64,000 nucleotides of DNA, taken from assembly GCA_900763675.1 (NCBI GenBank), contig CAAFLE010000104.1, forward strand, positions 9,599 through 73,598, given 5' to 3'. The stretch comes from an uncultured Oscillospiraceae bacterium (GTDB lineage: Bacteria; Bacillota; Clostridia; Oscillospirales; Oscillospiraceae). Positions 1-8,695 of the stretch are shown here, piece after piece. A program made the translations under genes and the position numbers. Within the stretch, counting starts at the first letter, position 1, and every line of letters begins with the position of its first letter. The notes below the pieces were generated by a model. It saw nothing but the letters and a program-made list of their open reading frames with translations. It made no database searches and had not been told where the DNA came from.

Positions 1-1938
1 CTCCGGCAGCTCCGGGCAGCGCAGCGGCTGATTTTCCTTGAAGTCGCGCAGAAACGCGAAGAACAGCTGCAAAAGCTCCTCCTCCGTTTCGTCGAACGGA
101 ATGTTGGCGCAGCGCAGCTCCTGCTCGCGGGTGAGCGTAAAGCCCGCCTGCCGCACCTTGCCGATGAGCGTGATATACCGGCTCACATCCAGCTTGACGT
201 AGGGCGCGGCGGTCGGCATTTTGCTCCACTCGGTCAGTACTTCCAGCAGGTCATGCTCGACCTGCAGCACAAGCTCCGAAAAGCCTGCCACGGCGGTTTC
301 GAGCGGCGGCACGGTCGTTTCCAGCCCGGCGCGGATCAGCTCGAGATTTTCCGTCGCGCCGACATAGCCCTTGTCATACATCCCGTAGCGCCCGGCTCGT
401 CCGGCGATCTGCTGAATTTCGGCGGGCTTCAGCTCGCGCCGCTCCACGCCGTCGAACTTCTGCGTATCGAGAAAGATGACGCGCCGGATCGGCAGATTCA
501 GCCCCATGCCGATGGCGTCGGTCGAAACGACGTACTGCATCCGCCCTTCAAGAAAGCCCTCCATCTGCCGCCGCCGGGTCGTATAGGGCAGAGCGCCGTA
601 GATGATGGCGGGTTCCTTTCCGTGGGCGCGGAGGTCCTCCGCCACGGACAGCACGCCGAGCTTCGAGAACGTGATGAGCGCGTCGCCGGGCTTTACGTCG
701 TCAAAGTCGATCTCCCGGCGCATACAGACGAGCGGCGTTTTGCGCAGATGCCGGATCTCCTCCCATGTGTCGCCGGTGCTTTCAATGATGCGGATCAGAA
801 GCTCCCGCGCTTCCGGCGCGGCGCAGAGATGTACCTCCGGGGCAAGCACGCCGAGAATGGCGCGGGTCCACGCAAAGCCGCGCTCGCGGTCGGCGATCAT
901 CTGGCACTCGTCGATTACTGCCACGTCGTACCGGGCGGAGAGATCGAGCTTTTCCGCCGTGGCAGCGACGTGGGTGTCGCCCTCGCGGCGGTCCTCCTCC
1001 TCGCCGGTCGTGAGCGAGCAGGCAACCCCGGCGTCGAGCAGCCGCTCCTGCGCTTCAAGCGCGAGCAGACGGAGCGGCGCAAGGTATACGCCCGTCCCGG
1101 CGCGGCGCAGCCGTTCAAAGCCTGCATACGTCTTGCCGGTGTTCGTCCCGCCGGTATGCAGAATAAAATGGCGGTGCATGGCGCGAGCGTCCGGGTACTC
1201 GTCCTTCGGGTTGAGCGCAACAAGCAGTTTTAGGCTCGACCGGATGGCACGCGGGATATAGAATACGGAGTAGAGATAGGAGAGCGGGTGCTGCAAAAGC
1301 TCGCCCACGGGAAACGCGCCCTGTTCCAGCAGACCGTCGATGTTCGCCTCCGGCTGCGCGGCGGAAAAGGCGGCGATGTCCCGCCCGGCGAGCGCGAGCA
1401 GCACGGAGGCGTAGCGGCTTTTGAGCTTTCCGGCAAGCGGCGCGGCGGTATTTGCGCCGAGCCACGGCGCCGCGGTAATGAACCGCCGCAGCACCGCGCC
1501 GAGCGGCTCTCTGCCGCTCCCGGCTTCCAGGTGCAGAAAATGGTCGATGTAGCTGATGCTCTGCCCGATCTTGAGCCGTTTCGCCCAGCCGACGGCCGCG
1601 ATCTGGCGGACGATCGCCTCATGGTAGCGCCCGGCGAGGATCGTCTCGCGTACGGCGGGCTTTTCGGCGGCGTCCCATGCGCTCTTCAAAAGCTCCGCCG
1701 CGGCGAAAAGAGCGTCCGTCTCGGAAAGCTCCGACGCTTCGTCCTGCGCGGCGGCACGCTGCGAGCGGAAGCTCTCGCCCTGCTCGGCGGTCTGGATGTC
1801 CTCCACGCGCCATGCGCGGATGCGCCGCCCGTTCCGGTAGATCCGCTGCGGCGCCGGCAGCAGCGACGCAATCAGATCCTCCGACCAGCCGCGGCTTTTG
1901 AGCGTTCCCGCCGTCCATAGTTTGGAATTTTTACTCAC
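1..1938 (-). CDS. SUV3-like DEAD/DEAH-box ATP-dependent helicase (N-terminus complete, C-terminal end runs off the window)
   Basis: The minus-strand frame is open from GTG at 1938 (GGAGA about 10 nt upstream) to the window edge. The hand translation shows Walker A HTGGTNTGKT, a DExQ box (VIDECQ), STDAIGMGLNLP and QIAGRAGR. It is not in the ORF track because there is no stop inside the window. Confidence 0.8.
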   Translation of the reverse strand, partial: MSKNSKLWTAGTLKSRGWSEDLIASLLPAPQRIYRNGRRIRAWRVEDIQTAEQGESFRSQRAAAQDEASELSETDALFAAAELLKSAWDAAEKPAVRETILAGRYHEAIVRQIAAVGWAKRLKIGQSISYIDHFLHLEAGSGREPLGAVLRRFITAAPWLGANTAAPLAGKLKSRYASVLLALAGRDIAAFSAAQPEANIDGLLEQGAFPVGELLQHPLSYLYSVFYIPRAIRSSLKLLVALNPKDEYPDARAMHRHFILHTGGTNTGKTYAGFERLRRAGTGVYLAPLRLLALEAQERLLDAGVACSLTTGEEEDRREGDTHVAATAEKLDLSARYDVAVIDECQMIADRERGFAWTRAILGVLAPEVHLCAAPEARELLIRIIESTGDTWEEIRHLRKTPLVCMRREIDFDDVKPGDALITFSKLGVLSVAEDLRAHGKEPAIIYGALPYTTRRRQMEGFLEGRMQYVVSTDAIGMGLNLPIRRVIFLDTQKFDGVERRELKPAEIQQIAGRAGRYGMYDKGYVGATENLELIRAGLETTVPPLETAVAGFSELVLQVEHDLLEVLTEWSKMPTAAPYVKLDVSRYITLIGKVRQAGFTLTREQELRCANIPFDETEEELLQLFFAFLRDFKENQPLRCPELPE

Positions 1939-2074
1939 TTGTATCGTTTCTCCTCGAAATTTCGGAAATACTATACCAGATTATCTCCCGGCAGGCAAGT
2001 AAGGGCTTGACAGCACGGATGGATTGTGTATAATGAGCATACACAATAAATCATCCGACAGGGAGGAATGCGCG

Positions 2075-2923
2075 ATGGAGCTTTTGTCCGTGCGCGAGCT
2101 TTGCAAGGTTTATCCGGGCTTTACGCTCGATCATGTTTCGTTTTCGCTGGAAAGCGGGTATATCATGGGATTCATCGGGCGCAACGGCGCGGGTAAGACG
2201 ACGACGCTCAAAAGTATGCTCGGTCTGGTCCATCCGGACGGCGGCACGGTGGAGATGTTCGGAAAGGACTTCCGGGAAAACGAGACCGCCTGCCGGCAGG
2301 AGCTTGGCGTGGTGCTGGGCGATGCGCGGTACTACGGCTCGAAGCGTCTGCGCGACGTTGCCGAGACGACGGCGCGGTTTTACACGCACTGGGACGACGC
2401 CGCGTACCGCGGCTATATGAAGCGCTTCGCTCTGGACGAGACGAAGCGCGTGCGCGAGCTTTCCACGGGGATGTGGGTCAAATTCACTCTCGCACTGGCG
2501 CTCTCGCACGGGGCGCGGCTTCTCATTCTCGACGAACCGACGAGCGGGCTGGACCCCGTGAGCCGCGACGAGCTGACGGACATTTTCCGCGACACGGTTT
2601 CCGACGGCACGCGGAGCATCCTCTTTTCCACGCACATCATTTCCGATCTCGAAAAGTGCGCCGACCTTATCACGTACATCCACGGCGGAAAGATCCTCAC
2701 CAGCACGGACCGCGACAGCTTCACCGACGCCTACCGCAAGGTGACCGGCGGCAGAGAGGAGCTGACGGACGCGGTGCGCGAGTGCGCCGTCGGGCTGCGC
2801 GAGCAGAGCTTCGGCTTTGAGACCATGATGAAAACGGAGGACGCGCTCGCGTCCGGTCTCGCAGTAGAGCCGATCGGCATGGAGGAGATCATGGTACACA
2901 TCGAACGGGAGGAGAGAGCATGA
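2075..2923 (+). CDS. ABC transporter ATP-binding protein
   Basis: Walker A GRNGAGKTT, signature-like LSTGMWVKF and Walker B LLILDEPTSGLD. GGGAGG lies 8 nt upstream of the ATG at 2075, so the track start at 2024 is probably too early. Confidence 0.9.
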   Translation: MELLSVRELCKVYPGFTLDHVSFSLESGYIMGFIGRNGAGKTTTLKSMLGLVHPDGGTVEMFGKDFRENETACRQELGVVLGDARYYGSKRLRDVAETTARFYTHWDDAAYRGYMKRFALDETKRVRELSTGMWVKFTLALALSHGARLLILDEPTSGLDPVSRDELTDIFRDTVSDGTRSILFSTHIISDLEKCADLITYIHGGKILTSTDRDSFTDAYRKVTGGREELTDAVRECAVGLREQSFGFETMMKTEDALASGLAVEPIGMEEIMVHIEREERA

Positions 2924-3573
2924 AAAATCTGCTGTATAAGGAGTTCCGGCTGGCGATCCATCCGAGCGTGTATCTGTTCTTCCTGCTCTCGGCGCTGCTG
3001 CTCGTGCCGTCGTACCCCTATTATGTGAGCTTTTTCTATCTGATGCTCGGCGTGTTTCTTACGTTCAAAACCAACCGCGCCGAGAACGATATTTTCTATT
3101 CGGCGCTGCTGCCGGTGCGCAAGGGCGACGTTGTCCGCGCCCGCGTCCTCGCCGTGGCGATTCTGGAGCTTGTCAACCTCCTGATCGCCGTGCCGTTTGC
3201 GATCCTCTCCGTGAAGATCAACCCCGCCGGGGAAAATAACGCCGGCATCGAGCCGAATGTGGCGTTTTTCGGACTGTCGTTTCTGATGTACGGCGGATTC
3301 AACTTTATTTTCTTCCCGATCTTTTATAAGACCGGGCGGAGCGAGGGCAAGGCGTTTCTCTGGAGCGGCGTGTTCACGCTTTTGTATATCGCCGTCGCGG
3401 AATCGCTCGCGCAGCATATCCCCTCGCCGGTGAGCGCGTATCTGGACACCGCGGAAAAAGCCGCGCAGCTGCGCCAGCTCCCGGTGCTGCTCGGCGGCAT
3501 CGTCCTCTGGGCGGTTCTCACGCTGCTCTCGGCGAAGCGCAGCGCGGAGCGGTTTGAAAAGGTGGATCTGTGA
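2920..3573 (+). CDS. ABC-2 type transporter permease
   Basis: Multi-pass hydrophobic protein. Its start overlaps the ATPase stop (ATGA), the usual ABC-2 partner arrangement. Confidence 0.7.
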   Translation: MKNLLYKEFRLAIHPSVYLFFLLSALLLVPSYPYYVSFFYLMLGVFLTFKTNRAENDIFYSALLPVRKGDVVRARVLAVAILELVNLLIAVPFAILSVKINPAGENNAGIEPNVAFFGLSFLMYGGFNFIFFPIFYKTGRSEGKAFLWSGVFTLLYIAVAESLAQHIPSPVSAYLDTAEKAAQLRQLPVLLGGIVLWAVLTLLSAKRSAERFEKVDL

Positions 3574-3950
3574 AGCTCGCCGTGACGAACACCTCGCCGC
3601 TGCCGCTCTACCGGCAGATCTATGACCAGCTCGCCGCGCAGATTTTGCGCGGGGACATTTCCTCCGGCGAGGTCCTTCCTCCGATCCGCACCGTGGCGCA
3701 GGAGCTTTCCATCAGTCTGATTTCCGTGCGCCGGGCGTGGGACGAGCTGGAGCGGGACGGATTCATCCACACCGCCGTCGGGCGCGGCACGTTTGCCGCC
3801 GCGCTCGGCGAAACGGACAAAACGGCGCTTCGCCGCCGCATACTGAGCGAGAAGCTCTCCGACGCCGCGCAGTTCTGCGCGGCTGTCGGCGCATCCGGAG
3901 AGGAAGCGTCGGCGCTTCTGCGCGAATTGATGGAGGAAAAAAACCGATGA
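3570..3950 (+). CDS. GntR-family transcriptional regulator (short YtrA-like type)
   Basis: N-terminal winged HTH (PLYRQIYDQLAAQILRG...LPPIRTVAQELSISLISVRRAWDELERDGFI). Short 126-aa protein coupled to the ABC pair through a GTGA overlap. Confidence 0.85.
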   Translation: MKLAVTNTSPLPLYRQIYDQLAAQILRGDISSGEVLPPIRTVAQELSISLISVRRAWDELERDGFIHTAVGRGTFAAALGETDKTALRRRILSEKLSDAAQFCAAVGASGEEASALLRELMEEKNR

Positions 3951-4939
3951 GTAAAAAACTGCTGCTGATCGCCACGGGCGGAACCATCGCCTCGCGCCCC
4001 GCGGAGGACGGACTGACCCCGGAGATGACGAGCGAGGAGCTGCTGCAATGCATCCCGGAGGTGCGCAGCCTGTGCGAGATCGACACGGTGCAGCCGTTCA
4101 ATCTTGACAGCACGAATATGCGCCCGGAAAATTGGGTGGAGCTGGTGAAGATCATCCGGGAAAACTATGAGCGGTACGACGGCTTTGTCATCACCCACGG
4201 CACCGACACGATGGCGTATGCCGCCGCAACGCTTTACTATCTCATCCAGAACAGCCCGAAGCCGGTCGTGCTGACCGGCTCGCAGGTGTCCATCTATGCC
4301 CGCGATACCGACGCCCGCGAGAATCTGCGAAACGCCGTTACCTACGCCGCGGACAGCGACGCCTGCGGCATCCATCTTGTGTTCGATAATAAAGTCATCT
4401 GCGCCAACCGCGCCCAGAAAACGCGCACGCGCAGCTTCAACGCCTTTTCGAGCATCGACTATCCGGAGGTCGCCGTCATCCGCGGCGGCGAGGTGCGCTA
4501 TTATATCCGCGAATCGTTCCCCGGACCGGTGCGGTTTTATGACCGGCTCGACAGCCGCGTGTGCGTCATCAAGCTCATCCCCGGCATGGCGCCGGGCATT
4601 CTCGACTATGTCGCCGAACACGCTCGCGCCGTCATCATCGAGAGCTTCGGCGTCGGCGGCGTGCCGTATTACGACAACGACGATTTCACCGAGAAGATCG
4701 GGCATCTGCTGCGCAACCACGTGAAAGTCATCTTCACCACGCAGGTCTCGCACGAGGGGAGCGACATGGAGCTGTACCGTGTGGGCTTTCGCATCAAGAA
4801 AAAATACGAGCTGCTGGAGGCGTACACCATGACGACCGAAGCGGTTGTGGCAAAGGTGGAGTGGGCGCTTGCCAACTCCGCCGACGACGCGGAGTTCCGG
4901 AAGCTCTTCCTCACGCCTGTCGGCAACGACCGGCTGTAA
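3947..4939 (+). CDS. ansA: L-asparaginase, type I
   Basis: MSKKLLLIATGGTIAS carries the catalytic Thr motif, and HGTDTM is present. The ATG at 3947 overlaps the GntR stop, so the track start at 3737 is an upstream extension. Confidence 0.9.
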   Translation: MSKKLLLIATGGTIASRPAEDGLTPEMTSEELLQCIPEVRSLCEIDTVQPFNLDSTNMRPENWVELVKIIRENYERYDGFVITHGTDTMAYAAATLYYLIQNSPKPVVLTGSQVSIYARDTDARENLRNAVTYAADSDACGIHLVFDNKVICANRAQKTRTRSFNAFSSIDYPEVAVIRGGEVRYYIRESFPGPVRFYDRLDSRVCVIKLIPGMAPGILDYVAEHARAVIIESFGVGGVPYYDNDDFTEKIGHLLRNHVKVIFTTQVSHEGSDMELYRVGFRIKKKYELLEAYTMTTEAVVAKVEWALANSADDAEFRKLFLTPVGNDRL

Positions 4940-4954
4940 TTCCGTCAAAAAGTA

Positions 4955-4985
4955 CCGCGCCCGGAGGATACCCCTCCGGGCGCGG
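4955..4985. terminator. Bidirectional intrinsic terminator hairpin between convergent genes
   Basis: CCGCGCCCGGAGG / CCTCCGGGCGCGG stem, flanked by an A-run upstream and a T-run downstream. Confidence 0.6.
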
Positions 4986-4989
4986 CGCG

Positions 4990-5631
4990 TCATTTTTCCG
5001 CAATGCGCCGGTGCAGATAGTCCAGCGCGTCGGACAGCCCGCCGAGCCGGTCGATCAGCCCCGATGAGACTGCCTCCTCGCCGTCCAGCACGCTGCCGAC
5101 GTCCTGCGTCAGCTCGCCGGTGCGGTTCATGTATTCGGTAAACTTTTCCGGCGAGATGTGCGAGTGGTCGGTGATAAACCGGACGATCCGGTCACTGATA
5201 CGCGAAATATAGTCGTAGGTCTGCGGCACGCCGATCACAACGCCGGTGATCCGTACCGGGTGGATCGTCACGGCGGCGCTCGGCACGATGAACGAGCGGT
5301 CCGCCGCCACGGCGAGCGGCACGCCAATGGAATGCCCGCCGCCGAGAACGAGACTTGCCGTCGGCTTGCGCATCCCGGCGATCAGCTCGGCAAGACCCAG
5401 CCCCGCTTCAATGTCTCCGCCGACGGTGTTGAGCAGTATGAGCAGCGCGTGGATGTCCTCGGCTTCCTCCACGGCGGCGAGCAGCGGCATGATGTGCTCG
5501 TACTTCGTCGTTTTTGTATCCGGCGGCAGCATCACGTGACCCTCGATCTGCCCGATGATCGTGATGCAGTGGATCTCGCCCGCCTTGGAACAGCCGAGCG
5601 AGCGCAGCGCTTCGGCTTCTCTGTCCTCCAT
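4990..5631 (-). CDS. ClpP-family (TepA-like) serine protease homologue
   Basis: ClpP/crotonase-like core (ILLNTVGGDIEAGLGLAELI..., GGGHSIGVPLA, VTIHPVR). AGGAGG lies 6 nt before the ATG at 5631. The longer track ORF would overlap the divergent promoter at 5700. Confidence 0.75.
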   Translation of the reverse strand: MEDREAEALRSLGCSKAGEIHCITIIGQIEGHVMLPPDTKTTKYEHIMPLLAAVEEAEDIHALLILLNTVGGDIEAGLGLAELIAGMRKPTASLVLGGGHSIGVPLAVAADRSFIVPSAAVTIHPVRITGVVIGVPQTYDYISRISDRIVRFITDHSHISPEKFTEYMNRTGELTQDVGSVLDGEEAVSSGLIDRLGGLSDALDYLHRRIAEK

Positions 5632-5699
5632 GAGCATCCCTCCTGTCCGGTCAGTATGCCGTGGCGGGCGGAGAAATATGCGCCGTGGGCAGGAATAAA

Positions 5700-5728
5700 T
5701 TGACAAATCCTGCGATTCTTTTTATAAT
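5700..5728 (+). promoter_or_regulatory. Sigma-70-type promoter for the MBOAT/DHHW operon
   Basis: TTGACA, 17 nt, TATAAT (exact consensus) about 30 nt upstream of the ATG at 5761. Confidence 0.6.
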
Positions 5729-5760
5729 TATTTGAAATTTGCTCGGAGAGGGCTTGCCGT

Positions 5761-7239
5761 ATGGTTTTTTCCAGTCTGCTGTTTTTATATGCGTTTCTGC
5801 CGCTGTGCCTGATCGTTTATGCCCTCTGCCGCAGTCTGAAAGCGAAGAATATCTGCCTTCTGGGATTCTCGCTTGTTTTCTATGCGTGGGGCGAGCCGGT
5901 ATACGTGCTGCTGCTCGCGGTAATGGCGCTGTTCGACTGGTACTTTGCCCTGCGCGTGCAGAGAGCGAAGGCGCAGAACGGAAACGCCAAGCTCTTTGTC
6001 GCGCTCGCGTGCGTGGTGAATCTCGGGCTGATCGGCTTTTTCAAGTACGCCGGCATGGTCTGCTCGATCTTCGGGACCGTCCCGGCGTTCGTGCAGAACA
6101 TCGCGCTCCCGCTCGGCATTTCGTTTTATACGTTCCAGCTTTTGAGCTACGTGGTGGACGTGTACCGCGGCGACGCCGAGGCGCAGGAAAAATACTGGCA
6201 CGTGCTGCTCTATGCCGCGCTCTTCCACCAGTGCATCGCCGGACCCATCGTCCGGTATAAGACCGTGGCGCAGGAGCTGTTTGAGGGACGCGACGAGCTT
6301 GCCGACCGCAGCCGCGGCTGCACGCGCTTCTGCGTGGGTCTTGCGAAGAAAACGGTCCTTGCCAACGTCTGCGGTTCCGTGGCGGACACGCTGCTGCTCA
6401 CCGACGCCGCCATCGGCTCGGCGGCGCAGCTTTCGGAAAATTTAGCCGCGCTCACGAGCGCCCCGGCGCTCGGGCTGTGGATCGGCATGATCGCGTATGC
6501 ATTCCAGATCTATTTTGATTTCTCCGCCTATTCGGACATGGCGATCGGCATGGGGCAGATGATCGGGCTGCACTATCTCGAAAACTTCAACTATCCGTAC
6601 ATATCCCGCACCGCCACGGAGTTCTGGCGGCGGTGGCATATGTCGCTCGGCACGTTCTTCCGCGACTATGTGTATATCCCGCTCGGCGGCAACCGGAAGG
6701 GGAGAGGGCGGACGCTTTTGAACCTCTTCATCGTCTGGGCGCTCACCGGTCTGTGGCACGGCGCAAGCTGGAACTTTGTCCTGTGGGGGATTTACTATTT
6801 CGTGCTGCTCATGCTCGACCGGCTGTTCTGGCAGAAGTTGCTCGACGCTCTGCCGAAAGCCGTCGGCGCGGTGCTGTCGCATATCACGCTGCCGCTCGCA
6901 GTGCTGTTCGGCTGGGTGCTTTTCAAATTCACCTCGCTGCCGCTTGCCGCGGCGGTCGTGCGCGGAATGTTCTGCGCCAACGGCAACGCCTTTACGACCT
7001 TCACCGTGACGGCGGAGGTCAAGAGCCATATGTATCTTCTCGCGTTCTGCGTCCTCGCCGCGACGCCGCTGTTCTCCCGCATCGCCAAACTCTGGGAGAG
7101 CGCCGGGGAGCAGAGCGTCCTTGCGAGAAAGACCTACGGAGCCGCCGCTTACGGCGTCGTACCCGTGGCGCTGCTGCTTTTGAGTACCGCGTGTCTTGTC
7201 GGCAACAGCTTCAACCCGTTTTTGTACTTCCGATTCTGA
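5761..7239 (+). CDS. MBOAT-family membrane O-acyltransferase (AlgI/DltB-like)
   Basis: Polytopic protein with the MBOAT signature region FWRRWHMSLGTFFRDYVYIPLGGNRKG. Confidence 0.9.
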   Translation: MVFSSLLFLYAFLPLCLIVYALCRSLKAKNICLLGFSLVFYAWGEPVYVLLLAVMALFDWYFALRVQRAKAQNGNAKLFVALACVVNLGLIGFFKYAGMVCSIFGTVPAFVQNIALPLGISFYTFQLLSYVVDVYRGDAEAQEKYWHVLLYAALFHQCIAGPIVRYKTVAQELFEGRDELADRSRGCTRFCVGLAKKTVLANVCGSVADTLLLTDAAIGSAAQLSENLAALTSAPALGLWIGMIAYAFQIYFDFSAYSDMAIGMGQMIGLHYLENFNYPYISRTATEFWRRWHMSLGTFFRDYVYIPLGGNRKGRGRTLLNLFIVWALTGLWHGASWNFVLWGIYYFVLLMLDRLFWQKLLDALPKAVGAVLSHITLPLAVLFGWVLFKFTSLPLAAAVVRGMFCANGNAFTTFTVTAEVKSHMYLLAFCVLAATPLFSRIAKLWESAGEQSVLARKTYGAAAYGVVPVALLLLSTACLVGNSFNPFLYFRF

Positions 7240-7249
7240 AAGGACGACT

Positions 7250-8644
7250 ATGCACGACGAAAAAAGCCCGGTAAACCGCCCGGACGAAGCGGCTTCCCCG
7301 GAAAAAACAAAAAAGCGCTCCCGGTTTGCGGGACTGCCGTTTTTCCTCGCGCTGGGTGTGCTGACGCTCGTCGCGTGGATGCTCCCGCTGCGCCCGACGG
7401 TTTCGGAAACGGAAAAGCGCACGCTCGAACCGTTCCCGGCGTTTTCCCTCGCCGCGGCGGCGGACGGGAGCTATTTCTCCGACATCGGTCTCTGGTTTTC
7501 CGACACGTTTCCCGGACGCGACGGCTGGATCCGCGCCGCGCAGCAGCTGGAAAGTCTGTACGGCGATTCCAGCGTGACGGTTTACGGCAACGCCTCCGCC
7601 GGGGACAAGATCCCCGTCCCGGCGGCGGTCACACCCGCGCCGGAGACGCCCGCGGACCCGGCAGAGCCGACGACCGAGCCGACGCCGACCCCGGAGCCGA
7701 CATCTACCCCGGAGCCGGAGTGGGGCGGGGAAAACCCGGACGACGAGCTGGTATCGCTTGGCGCCGTCATCCAGATCGGCGACAGCGTTTATACCTATAC
7801 GTCCTTCAACCAGTATTTTGCGGACGTCTATGCCGGGAATGTAACGAGAGCGGCGGACCTGCTCGAAGGCAAGTGCCGCGTGTTCGATGTGTTTGTCCTC
7901 CACGGCACAACGCTCATGCTCCCGCGGGAATACCGGGAATCCATCGGCGTCGCCTGCGAGGAGGACATCCTCACCTACGTCAATTCACAGATGGGCGACA
8001 ATGTCTACTGCGTGGATACGTTCAACTCGCTGCTGCCGCACAACAGCGAATACATCTATTTCCGCACCGACCACCACTGGACGGCGCTCGGCGCGTGGTA
8101 TGCCTATGCGGAGTGGGCAAAAACGGCGGGCTTTGAGCCGGTGCCGCTCAGCGAGTATGAGGAGGTCGTGCAGGAGCCGTTTTACGGCAGTCTCTTCTAT
8201 CAGGCACACCAGAGCAGCAAGCTGACGCCCGATCAGGTGTACGCCTATGTCCCGCCCGGAGACGTGCATCTTTATATCCATCAGGGCAGCGGAGACACGC
8301 TCGAAAACCGCGGCTATGAGCAGACGCTCATCACCCAGATCCGTGGGAACGACAAATATATGTGCTTCCTCACCGGCGATTTCCCGCTGTGTACGTTCGT
8401 GAACAACGACATCACCGACGGCAGCGCGTGTCTGCTCGTGAAAAACTCCAACGGCAACCCGTTCGGGTACTATCTCACGCAGCATTACCAGTATGTCTAT
8501 GTGATGGATTACCGGAAATACACCCGCCGCTCGCTGACGGAGTTCGCGGACTATTACGATGTGGACGACGTCATTTTCTGTCTGAGCAGCGGTCAGGCGC
8601 AGAGCTACGGCGGCAACACGCTGCTCACAAAGCTCGTCAAATAA
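7250..8644 (+). CDS. DHHW-family protein (AlgX/AlgJ-like partner of MBOAT)
   Basis: N-terminal TM anchor, Pro/Thr/Glu-rich linker and a literal DHHW motif (YFRTDHHWTALGAWYAY). The ATG at 7250 was chosen after the MBOAT stop. Confidence 0.85.
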   Translation: MHDEKSPVNRPDEAASPEKTKKRSRFAGLPFFLALGVLTLVAWMLPLRPTVSETEKRTLEPFPAFSLAAAADGSYFSDIGLWFSDTFPGRDGWIRAAQQLESLYGDSSVTVYGNASAGDKIPVPAAVTPAPETPADPAEPTTEPTPTPEPTSTPEPEWGGENPDDELVSLGAVIQIGDSVYTYTSFNQYFADVYAGNVTRAADLLEGKCRVFDVFVLHGTTLMLPREYRESIGVACEEDILTYVNSQMGDNVYCVDTFNSLLPHNSEYIYFRTDHHWTALGAWYAYAEWAKTAGFEPVPLSEYEEVVQEPFYGSLFYQAHQSSKLTPDQVYAYVPPGDVHLYIHQGSGDTLENRGYEQTLITQIRGNDKYMCFLTGDFPLCTFVNNDITDGSACLLVKNSNGNPFGYYLTQHYQYVYVMDYRKYTRRSLTEFADYYDVDDVIFCLSSGQAQSYGGNTLLTKLVK

Positions 8645-8651
8645 TAAAAAA

Positions 8652-8678
8652 GCCTCCTCTTTTGCAAGAGGAGGCTTT
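8652..8678. terminator. Bidirectional intrinsic terminator
   Basis: GCCTCCTCTT-TTGC-AAGAGGAGGC hairpin with an A-run before and a T-run after, between convergent genes. Confidence 0.7.
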
Positions 8679-8695
8679 GCCGTATCCGGACGGAT

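Noticed and set aside
253-1261. Plus-strand ORFs of 326 aa and 219 aa at the window start.
   Set aside because: They are antisense to the SUV3-like helicase frame, which carries clear helicase motifs. Their translations are Arg/Ala/Ser/Gly-rich low-complexity sequence, typical of high-GC shadow ORFs.
3620-4993. 457-aa minus-strand ORF.
   Set aside because: It is antisense to the L-asparaginase and GntR genes, has Arg/Ala-rich composition, and has no SD.
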